From the NCBI RefSeq assembly GCF_006345805.1, contig NC_043010.1, forward strand, positions 7,626,001 to 7,690,000: DNA of 64,000 nt, in the 5' to 3' direction. The notes under the pieces are model-generated. The model did no database searches, had not been told where the DNA came from, and worked only from the letters and a program-made list of their open reading frames with translations. Both the position numbers and the translations under genes were made by a program. This DNA is from Octopus sinensis. Lineage: Eukaryota. Of the stretch, positions 40,086 through 53,483 are shown piece after piece. Position 1 is the first letter of the stretch; each line of letters opens with the position of its first letter.

Positions 40086-40651
40086 ATATATACATATAAT
40101 TATACATATATGTATATACATATATAATCATATAAATAGATTTGTGTTGTGTAACCACATGTGCATACATACTTTTATATTTAATTTCTTTTACATAGCT
40201 GCTTCTTAATTAAGAGGTTTGAATGCTTCATTTCCAAAATTCTTCTCTAAACTCAAAATTATAGTTAGCAAACTTTAAATAGGATTTCATCAGGGACTGG
40301 TTCATTCATTACTTGCCTAACAAGATCTCCAATTCGAAGAATTTATCTGTGCTCTGCTAATGTGCTGAATAGTCATCATGTTCACTTTCACAGTTGTACA
40401 GCAGTAGGTTAGAAAGACAATATGATATAAAATTGGGAAGTGCTTACAGACTGTTTTAATTAATGAATCATTTAATTCCATGATGATTTTAGTGACAATT
40501 ACTGTATCATTAGGTTTTAGCATGTTATATGTGTATTTCTCATTATTTAGCAGACGGAAGATTAAGGGAGGCTACCATGACCTTTGCGAACCATCTCAAA
40601 CTCATGAAATAGATTTGAATGCTGTTCACCTTGATTTTCTGTAATCTAATA

Positions 40652-41012
40652 CATCATCATCGTTTAACGTCCGTTTTCCGTGCTAGCATGGGTTGGACGG
40701 TTCGACCGGGGATCTGGGAAGCCAGAAGGCTGCACCAGGCTCCAGTCTTATTTGGCAGTGTTTCTGCAGTGTTTCTATGCCAACCACTCCGTGAGTGTAG
40801 TGGGTGCTTTTTACGTGCCACCTGCACAGGTGCCAGGCGAGGCTGGCATCGGCCACGGTCGGATTGGTGCATTTTACGTGCCACTGGCATGGAAGCCAGT
40901 CGAGGCGGCACTGGCTTTGGACACGATTCGGATGGTGCTTTTTACGTGCCACCGGCACAGAAGCCAGTCGAGGCGGCGCTGGCATCGGCCCAGGCAGTGC
41001 TGGCATCGACAT
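40652..41012 (-). mobile_element. Family D element with three internal modules
   Basis: CATCATCATCGTTTAACGTCCGTTTTCC end; GGTGC.TTTTACGTGCCAC at 40803, 40866, 40934. Confidence 0.82.
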
Positions 41013-41435
41013 GTAGTGAAAAATTTGGTAATTTGGGAGCTCCTATCACACACAGTCACTCACCCTACAAGAAATAACAGTTAAATCTCACACAAATGAT
41101 ACATTGGTTTAAGATGAAATGGTAAAGCTGGAGTGCTTTTGATTCTATTCATTTAAGGTTGATCTGAGTCTAAACAACAACAACGCATAGCTAAGGAATG
41201 AGTTCCAGAAGATAAGGCTGTGTAGCAGGAAGCACAGGAGAAAGTTTTAGAGTGAAGGCTTTGTTGAGAGTGTCAAAGTATAAATGATAAGTATAGGAGT
41301 GGCTGGTGCCATTAGATGCATTTTGTGGAGGTAGTGCATAATTTAACAGTCCAGATAAGTAGATACATTCATTGTTAATGATAGATGCGACAGAGAGGAA
41401 ACAATGTGTCTGTGAGCTAGTGAAGTCGAGTAAGT

Positions 41436-41645
41436 CATTTGGGGGCCACTCTGTGAGACCTTGAGAAATTTAAAGCAGCCTTGGATATATTTGACTGTTT
41501 TTGCCTTTTATTATCACAGATGTCTGAACAACATTACTGCATTTGGGGGCCGTTCTGTGAGACCTTGAGAAATTTAAAGCAGCCTTGGATATATTTGACT
41601 GTTTTTGCCTTTTATTATCACAGATGTCTGAACAACATTACTGCA
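41436..41645. repeat. 104-bp tandem direct duplication
   Basis: 41436-41539 and 41540-41643 are identical except for 2 adjacent bases (GCCACTC vs GCCGTTC); CA(T) junction overlap. Confidence 0.95.
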
Positions 41646-42360
41646 CAGTTTACTGATCAAAGTCTTTTGTTAGCTGATTACAAAAGTTCAGATTTATTAA
41701 TCATTTTCAAAATGTGTAACAATGAAATTTAATTTTGCATATGTTCTCTCATCTGATGTAAGGCAAATATATCATTTTGTTTACTTTTATATATATTAAT
41801 CAAGGCATTCTTTTAGCAAATACATAACTTTTAGTTGTTGATAGTATTATAAAGAGTTGTTCATTTAAAAGGAAAAAAAATATTCATCTTTGTTGACTAC
41901 TTGGAAAATGTCTATCAAGCTTACATATGTATTACAAGCAACAATATATAAATCTTAAATCATTAACCAGTATAAAAATATCACAACTAAACAGCGAAGC
42001 ATAATAAATCATATTGCAGAATATTAACAATGAAAACATAGATGTTTGATACACTATGAACCAAAATATTCATTTCCATTTGATGATAAGATATAATAAA
42101 ATATACCATAAATGTAAAAATCAAAAGACATAGCCAGCACTCATAAGTATGTATGACTTGGTAGCATATACTATATATTTTAGGTACCTATGTAGTCATG
42201 AACAACTATTGACACCTCTTGGCCATCTATCCTTTGACCCCGTGAAGCATTGAGGATGTGACCACTAGAGAGAGTGAGAGAGGTGGTGGATGCACTAGCC
42301 TTTAATTGATACCCATTTTCAACTGATTGGAACAACATCAGTTATAATAATAATAATAAC

Positions 42361-42417
<57 letters not shown>

Positions 42418-42431
42418 GATAATAATAACAT

Positions 42432-42614
42432 CGAAAAGTACCTTAGGAATGAGAACCCAGGTTCGAAATTTCCCCCAAAACACCTGATGAAGGTTGGAGG
42501 GTATATCAGCCAAAATGTTGTGTTAACAACAAACAAGATGAGGACAAATATCCATCAAATGTAAATAATGTACATAATGTACATAATTCCTCATCTCTTA
42601 AATATAGAACTGTA
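42432..42614 (+). mobile_element. Penelope-like terminal fragment with decayed hammerhead
   Basis: AACAC-CTGATGA-A-GGTTG-GAGGGTATAT-CAGCC-AAAATGTT-GTGTT (42479-42524): stems I and II are present, GAAAC is mutated to AAAAT. Confidence 0.55.
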
Positions 42615-42870
42615 TTACTGTGGTTGATTTATTTGAGTAAAGATCCTTCAAGATGATGCCCCAGCATGGCTGCAGTCTAATAACTAAAACAAGTAAAAGA
42701 TTAATAAGCACAGACATGGTTGTGTGGTTAAGAAGCTCTTTTTCCAACTATGACAATTTGGGCAGGTATCTTCCACTATTGTCCCAGACTGACCAATATT
42801 TTGTGTGTAAATTTGGCAAAGGTAAACTGTGTGGAAGCTTATTGTGTGTATGTGTGTGTGTATATATATA

Positions 42871-43937
42871 CAGGGTGCATAAGGTATTTGAGGACATACC
42901 TTTTTTGGGTCATTGCGGAATTTTTGCTAGCTCTGTATAATCTTTGTTTCAGAAAATAATTGCAGGCGCTCAGCTTACTCAAGAAATGAAGAGGCATGCT
43001 GTTGTTGTGGTTATAAAGGCTGAGCATAACGATTTAGAAATATCTTGACTTCTAAAAGTTGCCAGATCTTTCGACTACAAAGTTTGTAAGGAGCTAGAGA
43101 CTGAAGATGGAAATGTATCACCAGTATCAAAGCATAAAAAGCATTCTAAATGCTCTGAAATCATCAGAAAACCTGAATTTATCCAGCAAGTTCAACAGAC
43201 ATTTGATTATAATACCAGAAAGTCCATGAGGTCAATTGCAAAAGATCTTCATGTGTTAGAAGGAACAGTCAGAAATGTTATCCACGAAGACATCAGATAT
43301 AAATCTTATATGACGAGGAAAAGTCAATTTGTCAGAAAAAGCAAAAGAAAATAATTACATCAGATCTAAAAGGCTCTTAAATAAACTGAAAAATCCAGCA
43401 GAAGATTTGATTTGGTTTTTCTCCAATGAGAAAAACTTCAACCAAGATCAAAAGGTTAACAGAAGAAATGACTGATGTGCAGACCCTTCAGAAGTTCCAA
43501 GTGTTATGCATACAAAATTTCATGCAACTATCATGGTTTTAGGGTTGTCAGCAATGAAGGACATGTGATGCCTCCTTACTTCTTTCCACAAGGCTTTAGA
43601 GTTAACTCTGCTGCCTACATTGAGGTCCTGGAAACAATTGTCAAGCCCTGGATAGACAATATATACAATAGAAGGCCATATGTGTTTCCGTAAGACCCTG
43701 CACTATCACAAAGGGCTCTAGTAACACAGGAATGGATAGCTGAAACTTTTCATAACCCCTAACACTTGTCCTCCTAATTCCCCACATCTAATCCATTGGT
43801 CTATTACATGTGGAACATTGTTGAGAGAGAGGTCAATGAACACACCCATAACACCAAAGATTCTTTGAAAGCTGCCATAGTCAAAGTAATGTCCAAAATG
43901 AACCAGGACCACTTGATTCAAGCATGTAGATGATTTA
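42871..43937 (+). pseudogene. Decayed Tc1/mariner-superfamily transposon, maT (DD37D)-like transposase
   Basis: Starts TA|CAGGGTG; from ATG 42986, broken frames read MKRHAVVV...RKSMRSIAKDLHV...IWFFSNEKNF...GVVSNEGHVMPPYFFPQG...VKPWI...RPYVFP*D...PPNSPHLNPL.YYMW. Multiple stops/frameshifts; right TIR missing. Confidence 0.85.
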
Positions 43938-44280
43938 AAGCCTAATACTTATTCTATCAATCTCTTTTACCAAACTGCTAAGTTACAGGAGCATAAAAAC
44001 ATCAACACAAGTTGCAAATCAATAGTGGAAGGACAAACACAGAAACAAAGACACTATCACACACACGTTTACATATATATATATATATGTGTATATATAT
44101 ATATATATACATACACATACAATGGGCTTCTTTCAGTTTCCGTCAACCAAATCCACTCACAAGGCTTTGGTTGGCCCAAGGCTGTACTAGAAGACACTTG
44201 CTCATGATGCCATGTAGTGGAACTGTACCTGGAACCATGTGGTTTGGAACCAAGCGTCTTACCACACAGCCATGCCAGCA
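43938..44280 (-). mobile_element. Family A SINE, 3'-truncated
   Basis: Begins abruptly at AAGCCTAATACTTATTCTATC, abutting the transposase remnant. Confidence 0.8.
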
Positions 44281-44873
44281 CCTTTTCATGTTTAAAATTA
44301 ATTTAAAAGACACAGACAATGTATTTCATTTGAAAAAGGGTTAAAGAATTCTCATCCACCTCCTCAAACATACTGTACAGTAAGTCATAAAATAGATACT
44401 ATTGGAGGTTGGTACATTGGTGATGCCAAACATATACATATATTATATTAGGTAGATTAAATGTCCAGAGATACAACAACAAAGAATTTCATACATCAAT
44501 ATTTAAATATCACATTCAACACAAAATCCAAATGGCTAATGCAGTTTAGTCAAAAAAAAGATCAAAGAATTTGACAATAGCGAAAGAGCAAGTTATATTC
44601 TCACTATTAGACGACACTGAATTTTTGAGAGTAAATACGTTTCTCAGTTGTGAAAACAGAAAAACAAAAAAAAAAAACAAAAAAAAAATGAACTATACTA
44701 AAAAAAAAGCAACAACTGTTCATTATGCAGAAAGACAAGCAATATTCTCCACAGAGGAATATATTGACTATTTATTTCTCGAGAAGGCAACAAATATTCA
44801 CTATAGTGGAAGAGATCTCTGGAAACGTATATATGTGTGAGTACGTATGTGTGTGTGTATGTATGTGTGTATG

Positions 44874-44924
<51 letters not shown>

Positions 44925-45708
44925 ACATATATATATATGTATAAATATTATATATATACATATTTATTTATATACACATCTATATATATATTTATATGTA
45001 CATATTTATTTATTTATATATATATACATATATATACATATATATACATATATATATACATATACATACATATATATACATATATATATATACATACATA
45101 TATATATATACATACATATATATATGTATGTATATGTATTTATCTCTATGTGTGGGTGTGGGTATGGGTGTGTATGCACAGATATATATATATTGCAAGA
45201 TCAGCATTCTGTAAAAATATTAAAACTTTACCTGAGAGCAAGTTATATATATATTAAGCATATGGATACACAGAAGTTCTACAGCGGCATGCAAGGAAGT
45301 TTCTGGTTTGTAATAAATAAGTGAGTGTATATATTTATTTTAGTAATGTTGTAATTTAGTCTCAACATTAAAGTACCCGATATTTTTATTAGCCAGTATA
45401 TAATGATAGCTTAAAATAGAACACATTGTTACTACCTTGTAATAACAAATGTCTCTAATATATATATAGAAATAATGGCATATGTGTAGAGATATGGTTT
45501 AGAAGTTTGGCACGTGAAGGCATATTCTGAGGTTCAATATCACAGCAGGGAACATTGAGTAAAGATCTTCTGTTATAGGCCTGGCCTGTACTGACAAATA
45601 TCTTTGAGTGGAATTTAGATGATGGAAACTATGCAAGAACCTAATGAATATGTGGCTGTGTGCATGTGTGCATATGTGTATGCATGCCTTTCTGTATATA
45701 TATATATA

Positions 45709-46017
45709 CTAGCAGCATAGCCCGGCGTTGCCCGGGTATGTAAGAGCCCCTAGTAGGCAACGACTGCGAAAACTACAACAGAAAATGTGTTGCATATAAA
45801 AAGCTTAGATTCTCGACCCCATGACGAATTTATCGATTTTCCTCAGAATTGGGGGAACTTTTCAAAATTTTCCCTGCGTTAGTTTTGAATTATGACATTG
45901 GGCTATATGTGTGTCAAGTTTCATCAGAATCGGTTGAAAGCCGTAGTCAGGGTGAGGGTACAACCTGACAGACACACAGACATACAGACAGACAATCTGC
46001 CGTTTATAAATAGAGAG

Positions 46018-46018
<1 letters not shown>
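45709..46018 (-). mobile_element. Non-autonomous Helitron
   Basis: Minus strand A|TCTCTCTATTTATAAA ... (CTGT)n-like microsatellite ... hairpin CCCGG-GCAACG-CCGGG then CTAG|T; inserted in an AT dinucleotide with no TSD. Confidence 0.85.
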
Positions 46019-46048
<30 letters not shown>

Positions 46049-46203
46049 GGGAGAGTTTACAAAGAAAACAAAAGACAAAGACAGGTGATGTACAAAACAA
46101 ACAGATGTATTAGTATACCGCTCAGGAATAGAAAAAGTCTTTTATGTTTCGAGCCTAGGCTCTTCTACAGAAAGGGACACAGAAAAAACAAGGAGAGAAA
46201 AAA
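46049..46203 (-). mobile_element. Penelope-like terminal fragment with hammerhead-like motif; second copy at ~21020-21118 (+)
   Basis: Minus strand CTTT-CTGTAGA-A-GAGC-CTAG-GCTC-GAAAC-ATA-AAAG (46139-46174); downstream TATACTAATACATCTGTTTGTT is shared with 21066-21087. Confidence 0.5.
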
Positions 46204-46228
46204 ATATACATATATATATATGTATGTA

Positions 46229-47519
46229 TTGGGTCATCCCGTAAATAATGCAGTTTTTTCAATTGCATGATCTAAAAGTCAGAGGAGGATGGCACAAACT
46301 ACCTGCATCAACTTGCTATAAAAGCAGGTAGCAATTTTACCTTGTACTTATTTTCAGTGCAAGCTTTTGAAAAGTGCAGTTTAATTTTAACAGTTATTTT
46401 TTTCAAAGCTATAATGGAAGTGACAAAGGAGAATATTCAGTATATTTTGCTTTATGAGTTCAAGAAAGCCAACAACACAACAGAAAGTGTGAGGAATATT
46501 AATGTAGTATACAGGGATCAGACAATAAGCGTAAGCCAGTGTCAATGGTGGTTCCAGAAATTCCAAGCTGGAAACTACAGCCTAGAAGACAAGCCTCATC
46601 CTGGAAGATCTGTAGAGCTCAATCAGGATGTCCAACAAACCCTGGTAGATCAAAATTCCATTGTAACTGTTGGGGAACAAGCAGAGAAGCTTAGATTTGG
46701 TTATTCACCCATTCACTAACACCTGTGTGCCATCAGCAAAGTCAGGAAATTGGGTCAATGGGTTCCTCATAAATTTTCCAAGTCTCATCGCATGCAGAGA
46801 GTGAACGTATGTTCTTCTTTGCTGTGATGTCTCATGAATGAACCATTTTTGGACCGAATAGTGACTGGTGATGAGAAATGGGTTCTCTATAAAAATGTCA
46901 AGTGTCAAAGACAGTGAGTTGGGAAAGGAGAATCACTGGCACCCCAGGTTAAAGAAGGTCTTCACCCACTTAAAGTGTTGTTATCTGTTTGGTGGGATAT
47001 GAAAGGTTTAGTCCACTTTGAACTTTTAAACCCAAACCAAATAATAATAAAGGAGATCTACTGCAAGCTGCTTGAGTGGCTTAAGTCAGCATTAGAAGAA
47101 AAACAACCATCTTTGGTTTCAAGACAAAAGGTGTTCTTCCATTAGGATAATGCTTGGCCACATACGACAAGGATGACACTCCAAAAGCTGGAGCAGTTTG
47201 AATGGGAAACGATGCCTCACCCATCATATTCGCCAGACATTGCCCCATCTGATTTATTATTTATTCCACAGTCTTCAAAATCAGTTGGACAGAAAAAATA
47301 TGAATTCTGTTGATGAGGTCAGAACAGTACTGGAAGAGTATTTTTTGTCATGGACAACTGAATTTTTGGAAGAGGGGCATTGCAAGTCTACCAGGTAGAT
47401 GGAAGAGCATTGTAGAAAATGAAGGAGAGTATATTTTAGATTAAAAAAGAACTTTGTTTAACTTAATTTTGAAAAATAAAAGAAGTATAAAAAACTGCAT
47501 TATTTATGGGATGACTCAA
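46229..47519 (+). mobile_element. Full-length (1291 bp) mariner DD34D element with pseudogenised transposase (46414-47444)
   Basis: ~30-bp TIRs TTGGGTCATCCCGTAAATAATGCAGTTTTT / AAAAACTGCATTATTTATGGGATGACTCAA; TA left, CA right; motifs WVPHK, IVTGDEKW, FH*DNA.PH, HPSYSPDIAPSD; several stops and frameshifts. Confidence 0.95.
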
Positions 47520-48895
47520 CATATGTAACAAGCAGTAAACACTTGTAGTATTCAATGCTGAAATAATTACATAACAATAGTAAAAACATTATGCAATCAT
47601 GCACTTCACCTCATCAGTGTCCTGCAATATATATCGCTATCAATGTTGTATTTATTGCAAGACACTGATGAAGGCTGGTGCTTGATTACATAACATTTCT
47701 GCTTCTATAATGTAATCATTTCGGCATTTTAGCAAAACATGTGTATGTCTCCCAAATTACTGAATACCACACCTCTTTTCTGTTTATTGTTGTTTTTATG
47801 TCTTAGCTTGCATTCCACACACTAGGCAATCTGAAGGTTGATGCCTTATGTTGCACTACACTGGATACTGGAGTGGAGTGTGGTGCTTTATAGGTGCCAC
47901 TAGTACAGGTGCATTTTATGTGGCACCAGCACAGGTGCTTTTTATGTAGCATCAGTAATGGTGCATTTTAGATCACACCAGCACCTGTGGGTTGCCAAGT
48001 AGCTTACAAAGCAAAGACATCTTGGCTGAGAGAGGAAGCGAAACTGAGAGAAATAGCCATGTACCAGGCAAGAGGCTGGAGCATGATAGCTGTCTTACTA
48101 TAGAGGAGATACTTGGCTATCCCAACAGGACAAGGATGGAGGAGAGGAAGCTGGGAGAGAGTTAGAGAGGAAGATGGAGAGATAATCAGAGAGAGAGAAG
48201 GTCTACCCACAGGGAACAGTTGAGGGAGTATAAGTAGAACAGAAAGAATAGAGCGGGGAGGTTCAATAAGAATGTAAGCAGGGAGGATTAGAGATGGTAA
48301 ATGATAGGGAGAGGAATTGGGGTGACTGGAAGCTGGATGCGGAAGATGTGAGAGCATGGAGAGTGTGTAGATAGGCACATGAGGGAGAGTGGAAGGGACT
48401 GCATTGGGTGGCGAGGATGCTGGAGAGCCGAATATATATATATATTTGTTTGCGTGACTGAAGTTCTCTTTGTTTAGACATCATGTGATGGTTGTAAATG
48501 TGAATCACCATCATACAAACGACATTATTCATTTCCAGTCTTCAAAGGAAGACTTCATGCTATGGAGAATAATATTTTGCATGGAAACAGGTTAAGGTTG
48601 GTCAGAAAAAGGTCATGAGGGTTGTGAAAAATCTGCTGCAACAAATTCTGTCTCACCCATGCAAGCAGACATTAAATGATGATGTGAGTGGATATATATA
48701 GTTGTATGTATATATGTGTGTGTGTTTATGAAGAAAATGCTAGAAATAAAGGTATACTTTGAATGAATTTATTTGTGATGTTTGTTCTAAAATGGTCTAC
48801 AGACACCTGCTTGTCATTCTCACCATCAGAAACAAGGTGACCCAATGACTGATCCACAGGAAACCTATAACCCACAATGCCATTTCCCCCATATG

Positions 48896-48946
<51 letters not shown>

Positions 48947-48952
48947 CTCTTG

Positions 48953-49399
48953 TCTTTTGCTGGTTTCAGTCATTTGACTGTGGCCATGCTGGGGCACCAC
49001 CTTGAAGGGTTTTAGTCGAACAAGTCAACCCCCCAGAACTTCTTTTTTTTTAAGTTTGGTACTCATTCTAGTGGTTTCTTTTGCTGAACCATTATGCTAT
49101 GGGGATGTAAACATACCAGAAAGTGGTGGTAGTGGTGGGGTGGGGGACAAACGGAGACACAGACACACATACACATAAATATATACATATATACATATAT
49201 ATATACACACACACATGCACACACACACACGTATGTACACAATGGGCTTCTTTCAGTTTCTGTCTACTACATCCAATCACAAGGCTTTGGTCGAGGCTAT
49301 AGTAGAAGACACTTGCCCAAGGTGCCACGCAGTGGGACTGAACTCGGGACCATGTGGTTGGTAAGCAAGCTACTTACCACACAGCCACTCCTATGTCTA
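48953..49399 (-). mobile_element. Family A SINE
   Basis: Colinear with family A reverse complement. Confidence 0.85.
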
Positions 49400-49815
49400 T
49401 AGAAAATTAGCTACGCATCAAAATTGTGTCAGATGAACATAACAGTACACAGAAAACTAAAAATCTGTTTTGCAATAAACAAGTGGTGCACATCTATTTT
49501 CTTCATACTATAATTTCGTCTGAGCACTGAAGTACATTTGCTGGACTTTTATAATATTCAGCAAATAACTAATATCTTGAAACGGAATCTGCTGTTACAA
49601 ACATTCAATATCAAATATCACTAATATATTCTGAAATAATTTTGCTGTTATTGCTGCATACTCAAACGGTAAAGAAGTTCACTTTGAAACCATGGAGTCA
49701 TGGGTTCTGTCCTACTGCATCGTAAGTGTCTTAGGCAAGTGTCTTCTACCATAGCCCTAAACCAGCTAGCACTTTTTGAGTGAACTTTGAGAGAGGTAAT
49801 ATCCAGGACCCCACA

Positions 49816-50731
49816 GTATGTATGTATGTATGTATGTTTGTTTGTATGTATGTATGTATGTATGTATGTATGTATGTTTGTATGTTTGTATGTATGTATG
49901 TATGTATGTATGTATGTGTGTGTGTGTGTGCATGCATGTGTGTATGTGTGTGTGTATGTATGTATGTGTGTGTGTGTATGTATGTATGTATGTATGTGTG
50001 TGTATGTATGTATGTATGTGTGTATGTATGTATGTGTGTGTGTATGTATGTATGTATGTATGTATGTTTGTATGTATGTATGTATGCATGCATGTATGTA
50101 TGTATGTATGTATGTATGTATGTATGTATTATGTATGTATGTATGTATGTATGTATGTATGTATGTTTGTATGTATGTATGTATGTATGTATGTATGTAT
50201 GTATGTATGTATGTTTGTATGTATGTATGTATGTTTGTATGTTTGTATGTATGTATGTATGTATGTATGTATGTGTGTGTGTGTGCATGCATGTGTGTAT
50301 GTGTGTGTATGTATGTATGTGTGTGTGTGTATGTATGTATGTATGTATGTGTGTGTATGTATGTATGTATGTGTGTATGTATGTATGTGTGTGTGTATGT
50401 ATGTATGTATGTTTGTATGTATGTATGTATGCATGTATGTATGTATGTATGTATGTATGTATGTATGTATGTATGTATGTATGTATGTTTGTACGTATGT
50501 ATGTATGTATGTATGTATGTATGTATGTATATTGTATGTTTGTATGTATGTATGCATGTATGTATGTGTGTGTGTGTGTGCATGCATGTGTGTATGTATG
50601 TATGTATGTGTGTATGTATGTACGTATATATGTATGTATGTATGTATGTATGTGTGTATGTATGTATGTATTATGTATGTATGTATGTTGTATGTATGTA
50701 TGTATGTATGTAGTGTGTGTATGTATGTACG

Positions 50732-50765
<34 letters not shown>

Positions 50766-51078
50766 TGTATGTGTGTGTATGTATGTACGTTTGTGTGTTT
50801 GTATGTATGTATGTATGTATGTATGTGTGTGTGTGTGTGTGTATGTATGTGTATGTGTGTGTGTATGTGTATGTATGTATGTATGTTGTGTGTATGTATG
50901 TAGTATGTGTATGTATGTTTGTGTATGTATGTATGTGTGTATGATGTATGTGTGTGTATGTATGTATGTATGTTTGTATGTATGTATGCATGTATGTATG
51001 TATGTATGTATGTATGTATGTATGTTTGTATGTATGTATGTATGTATGTATGTATGTTTGTATGTATGTATGTATGTA

Positions 51079-51109
<31 letters not shown>

Positions 51110-51156
51110 ATGTATGCATGCATGCATGCATGTATGTATCTGTGCATGTATGTATG
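49816..51156. repeat. 1.3-kb compound (TATG)n/(TG)n microsatellite
   Basis: Directly visible; source of the 300-460 aa YVCM/HTYI ORFs. Confidence 0.98.
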
Positions 51157-51834
51157 ATTTTCTCATTCTCATTTTAATCTAGAGTAAATTTTGACCAGCT
51201 GCCAACTTTGTAGCAAGGTTGTGAGGAAAAAAAACTCTTGTTTAACCCAAATCATTTAAATTGTAAGAAAGTCTTGAAGATCTTTATGGTCCCAGATATC
51301 AGTCATTTATAGCATATGAATTAAGGATTTGCATTCTCTCTCCAAGATCTTAAGTTCAGCTATACTTTGCTCCAATAATAATATGTAAGAAGCTGAGGTA
51401 TGCATGTATGTATGTCTCTTTTTTTTAGTTATTATAAATCTTCCACTGAGGAGGGAGCTGGTATCCAACAAAGATACAAATGAGAGACCCCTAGTTTTGT
51501 TTAGATATCTCTCTAGGAGAAAGAAATCCTACAATAACACCTGTTTGATTGTAAAGTCAGAGATCTTGGTTTTGTTTGTTTCTGGACTACTTGGCATGTA
51601 GGCGAGAGTCTTGGTATTGTTTTGCAAGCTGCTATTGACTTTAAACTTTAGCATGTCAATTGCTGTACAACAGTTGCCTTTAACAACTAGAATATGACAA
51701 TAATTTGTCAGTTATGATCACACTCATTTATACGTCGATAGCCACCATGTATGTAAACGTGTATATATGTGTATATATTGTATGTAGGTATGAATGTATG
51801 TATGTGTGTATGTATCTATGTATGTGGTATGTAT

Positions 51835-52064
51835 GTGGTGAGCTGGCAGAAATGTTAGCATGCCAGGTGAAATGCTTAGCGGTATTTCATCTGTCTTTAC
51901 ATTCTGAGTTCAAATTCCGCCGAGGTCGACTTTGTCTTTCATCCTTTCGAGGTCGATAAATTAAGTACTAGTTATGCACTGGGGTCGATGTAATTGACTT
52001 AATACCTATGTCTGTCCTTGTTTGTCCCCTCTGTGTTTAGCCTCTTGTGGGTAATAAAGAAATA
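51835..52064 (+). mobile_element. SINE family B
   Basis: Colinear with the 2301 copy; TSD GGTATGTATGTG at 51826 and 52065. Confidence 0.88.
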
Positions 52065-52385
52065 GGTATGTATGTGTGTATATGTGCATATTTTGTGTAT
52101 GCATGTATGTGTGTATGTATGCATCCTGTGTGTATGTTAGTGGATGTGTACATCTTAGGGTTTACCTCTCTGTGTTTTGTCTCTACATGTCACCATTAAC
52201 AACTAGCTTTAGTTGGTTTTTGTCCCTGTTCCTGAGTAGCCTGGCACAAATTACCATTGATGGAATATATACTGGAGTTGACTTGATTGACTATAAACCA
52301 TTCCAGATAGTCTCCATAAATGGCCACAATTCAGTAAACTAGTAAATGAGTAAGTAAATGTACCAGACTGTACATTTGTTGATTT

Positions 52386-52757
52386 GGAGGCGCAATGGCC
52401 CAGTGGTTAGGGCAGCAGACTCTCGGTCATAGGATCGTGGTTTCGATTCCCTGACCGGGCGTTGTGAGTGTTTATTGAGCGAAAACACCTAAAGCTCCAC
52501 AAGGCTCCGGCAGGGGATGGTGGTGATCCCTGCTGTACTCTTTCACCACAACTTTCTCTCACTCTTACTTCCTGTTTCTGTTGTACCTGTATTTCAAAGG
52601 GCTGGCCTTGTCACTCTCTGTGTCATGCTGAATATCCCCGAGAACTACGTTAAGGGTACACGTGTCTGTGGAGTGCTCAGCCACTTACACTTCACGAGCA
52701 GGCTGTTCCGTTGATCGGATCAACCGGAACCCTCGTTGTCGTAACCGACAGAGTGCT
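52386..52757 (+). mobile_element. tRNA-derived SINE family C, full length
   Basis: GGAGGCGCAATGGCCCAGTGGTTAGGGCAGCAGACTCTCGGTC...GGTTTCGATTCCC tRNA-like head; body shared with the 21385 copy. Confidence 0.87.
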
Positions 52758-53065
52758 TCCCGTCCACATTTGTTGATGTAAAGAGAGAAAAAAAATGCTT
52801 AAAAATTAAATAATTTAAAAACAACATCCACACGAAAATCAATAGCTAAGTTATTGGTAACATATTTAATACAGGAAATATTAAAATGCTAACTAGAAAT
52901 AATTATGGTAATATCAGAAATCCAAGTAAATGGATAGCAGTCTGCATTAGTAAGAGTTAATCAATAAATGTACATAGGTAAAGAAAAAAAAAATGGTAAG
53001 GATTTGATGCAGCCTGAGGAGTGAAGAATTCATTTTAGATTCTTACCCTTCCTTACAGAGAGAAT

Positions 53066-53308
53066 ATCATTGTCGTTGTCGTCATCGTCATCGTCATCAT
53101 CATTACTAACATCATCACCTCCATCATCATCATCATCATCATCACATCCACCATCATCATCATCATCACTTCCATCATCATCATCATCATCATCATCGTC
53201 GTCGTTGTCATCATCATCGTCATTGTCATCATCATCATCATCATCATCATCACATCCACCATCATCATCATCATCATCACATCCACCATCATCATCATCA
53301 TCATCACA

Positions 53309-53341
<33 letters not shown>

Positions 53342-53438
53342 GTCATCATCATCATCATCACATCCACCATCATCACCATCATCATCATCACTTCCATCAT
53401 CATCATCATCACCATCATCATCATAATCATCGTCGTTG

Positions 53439-53483
<45 letters not shown>

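Noticed and set aside
40800-41000. CRISPR-like repeat/spacer appearance of family D modules
   Set aside because: The linkers are homologous to one another, the repeats are degenerate, the context is a eukaryotic retroelement and there are no cas genes.
49648-51182. Long ORFs of 300-465 aa (YVCM/HTYI repeats)
   Set aside because: Translations of the (TATG)n microsatellite, which lacks stops in most frames; open on both strands.
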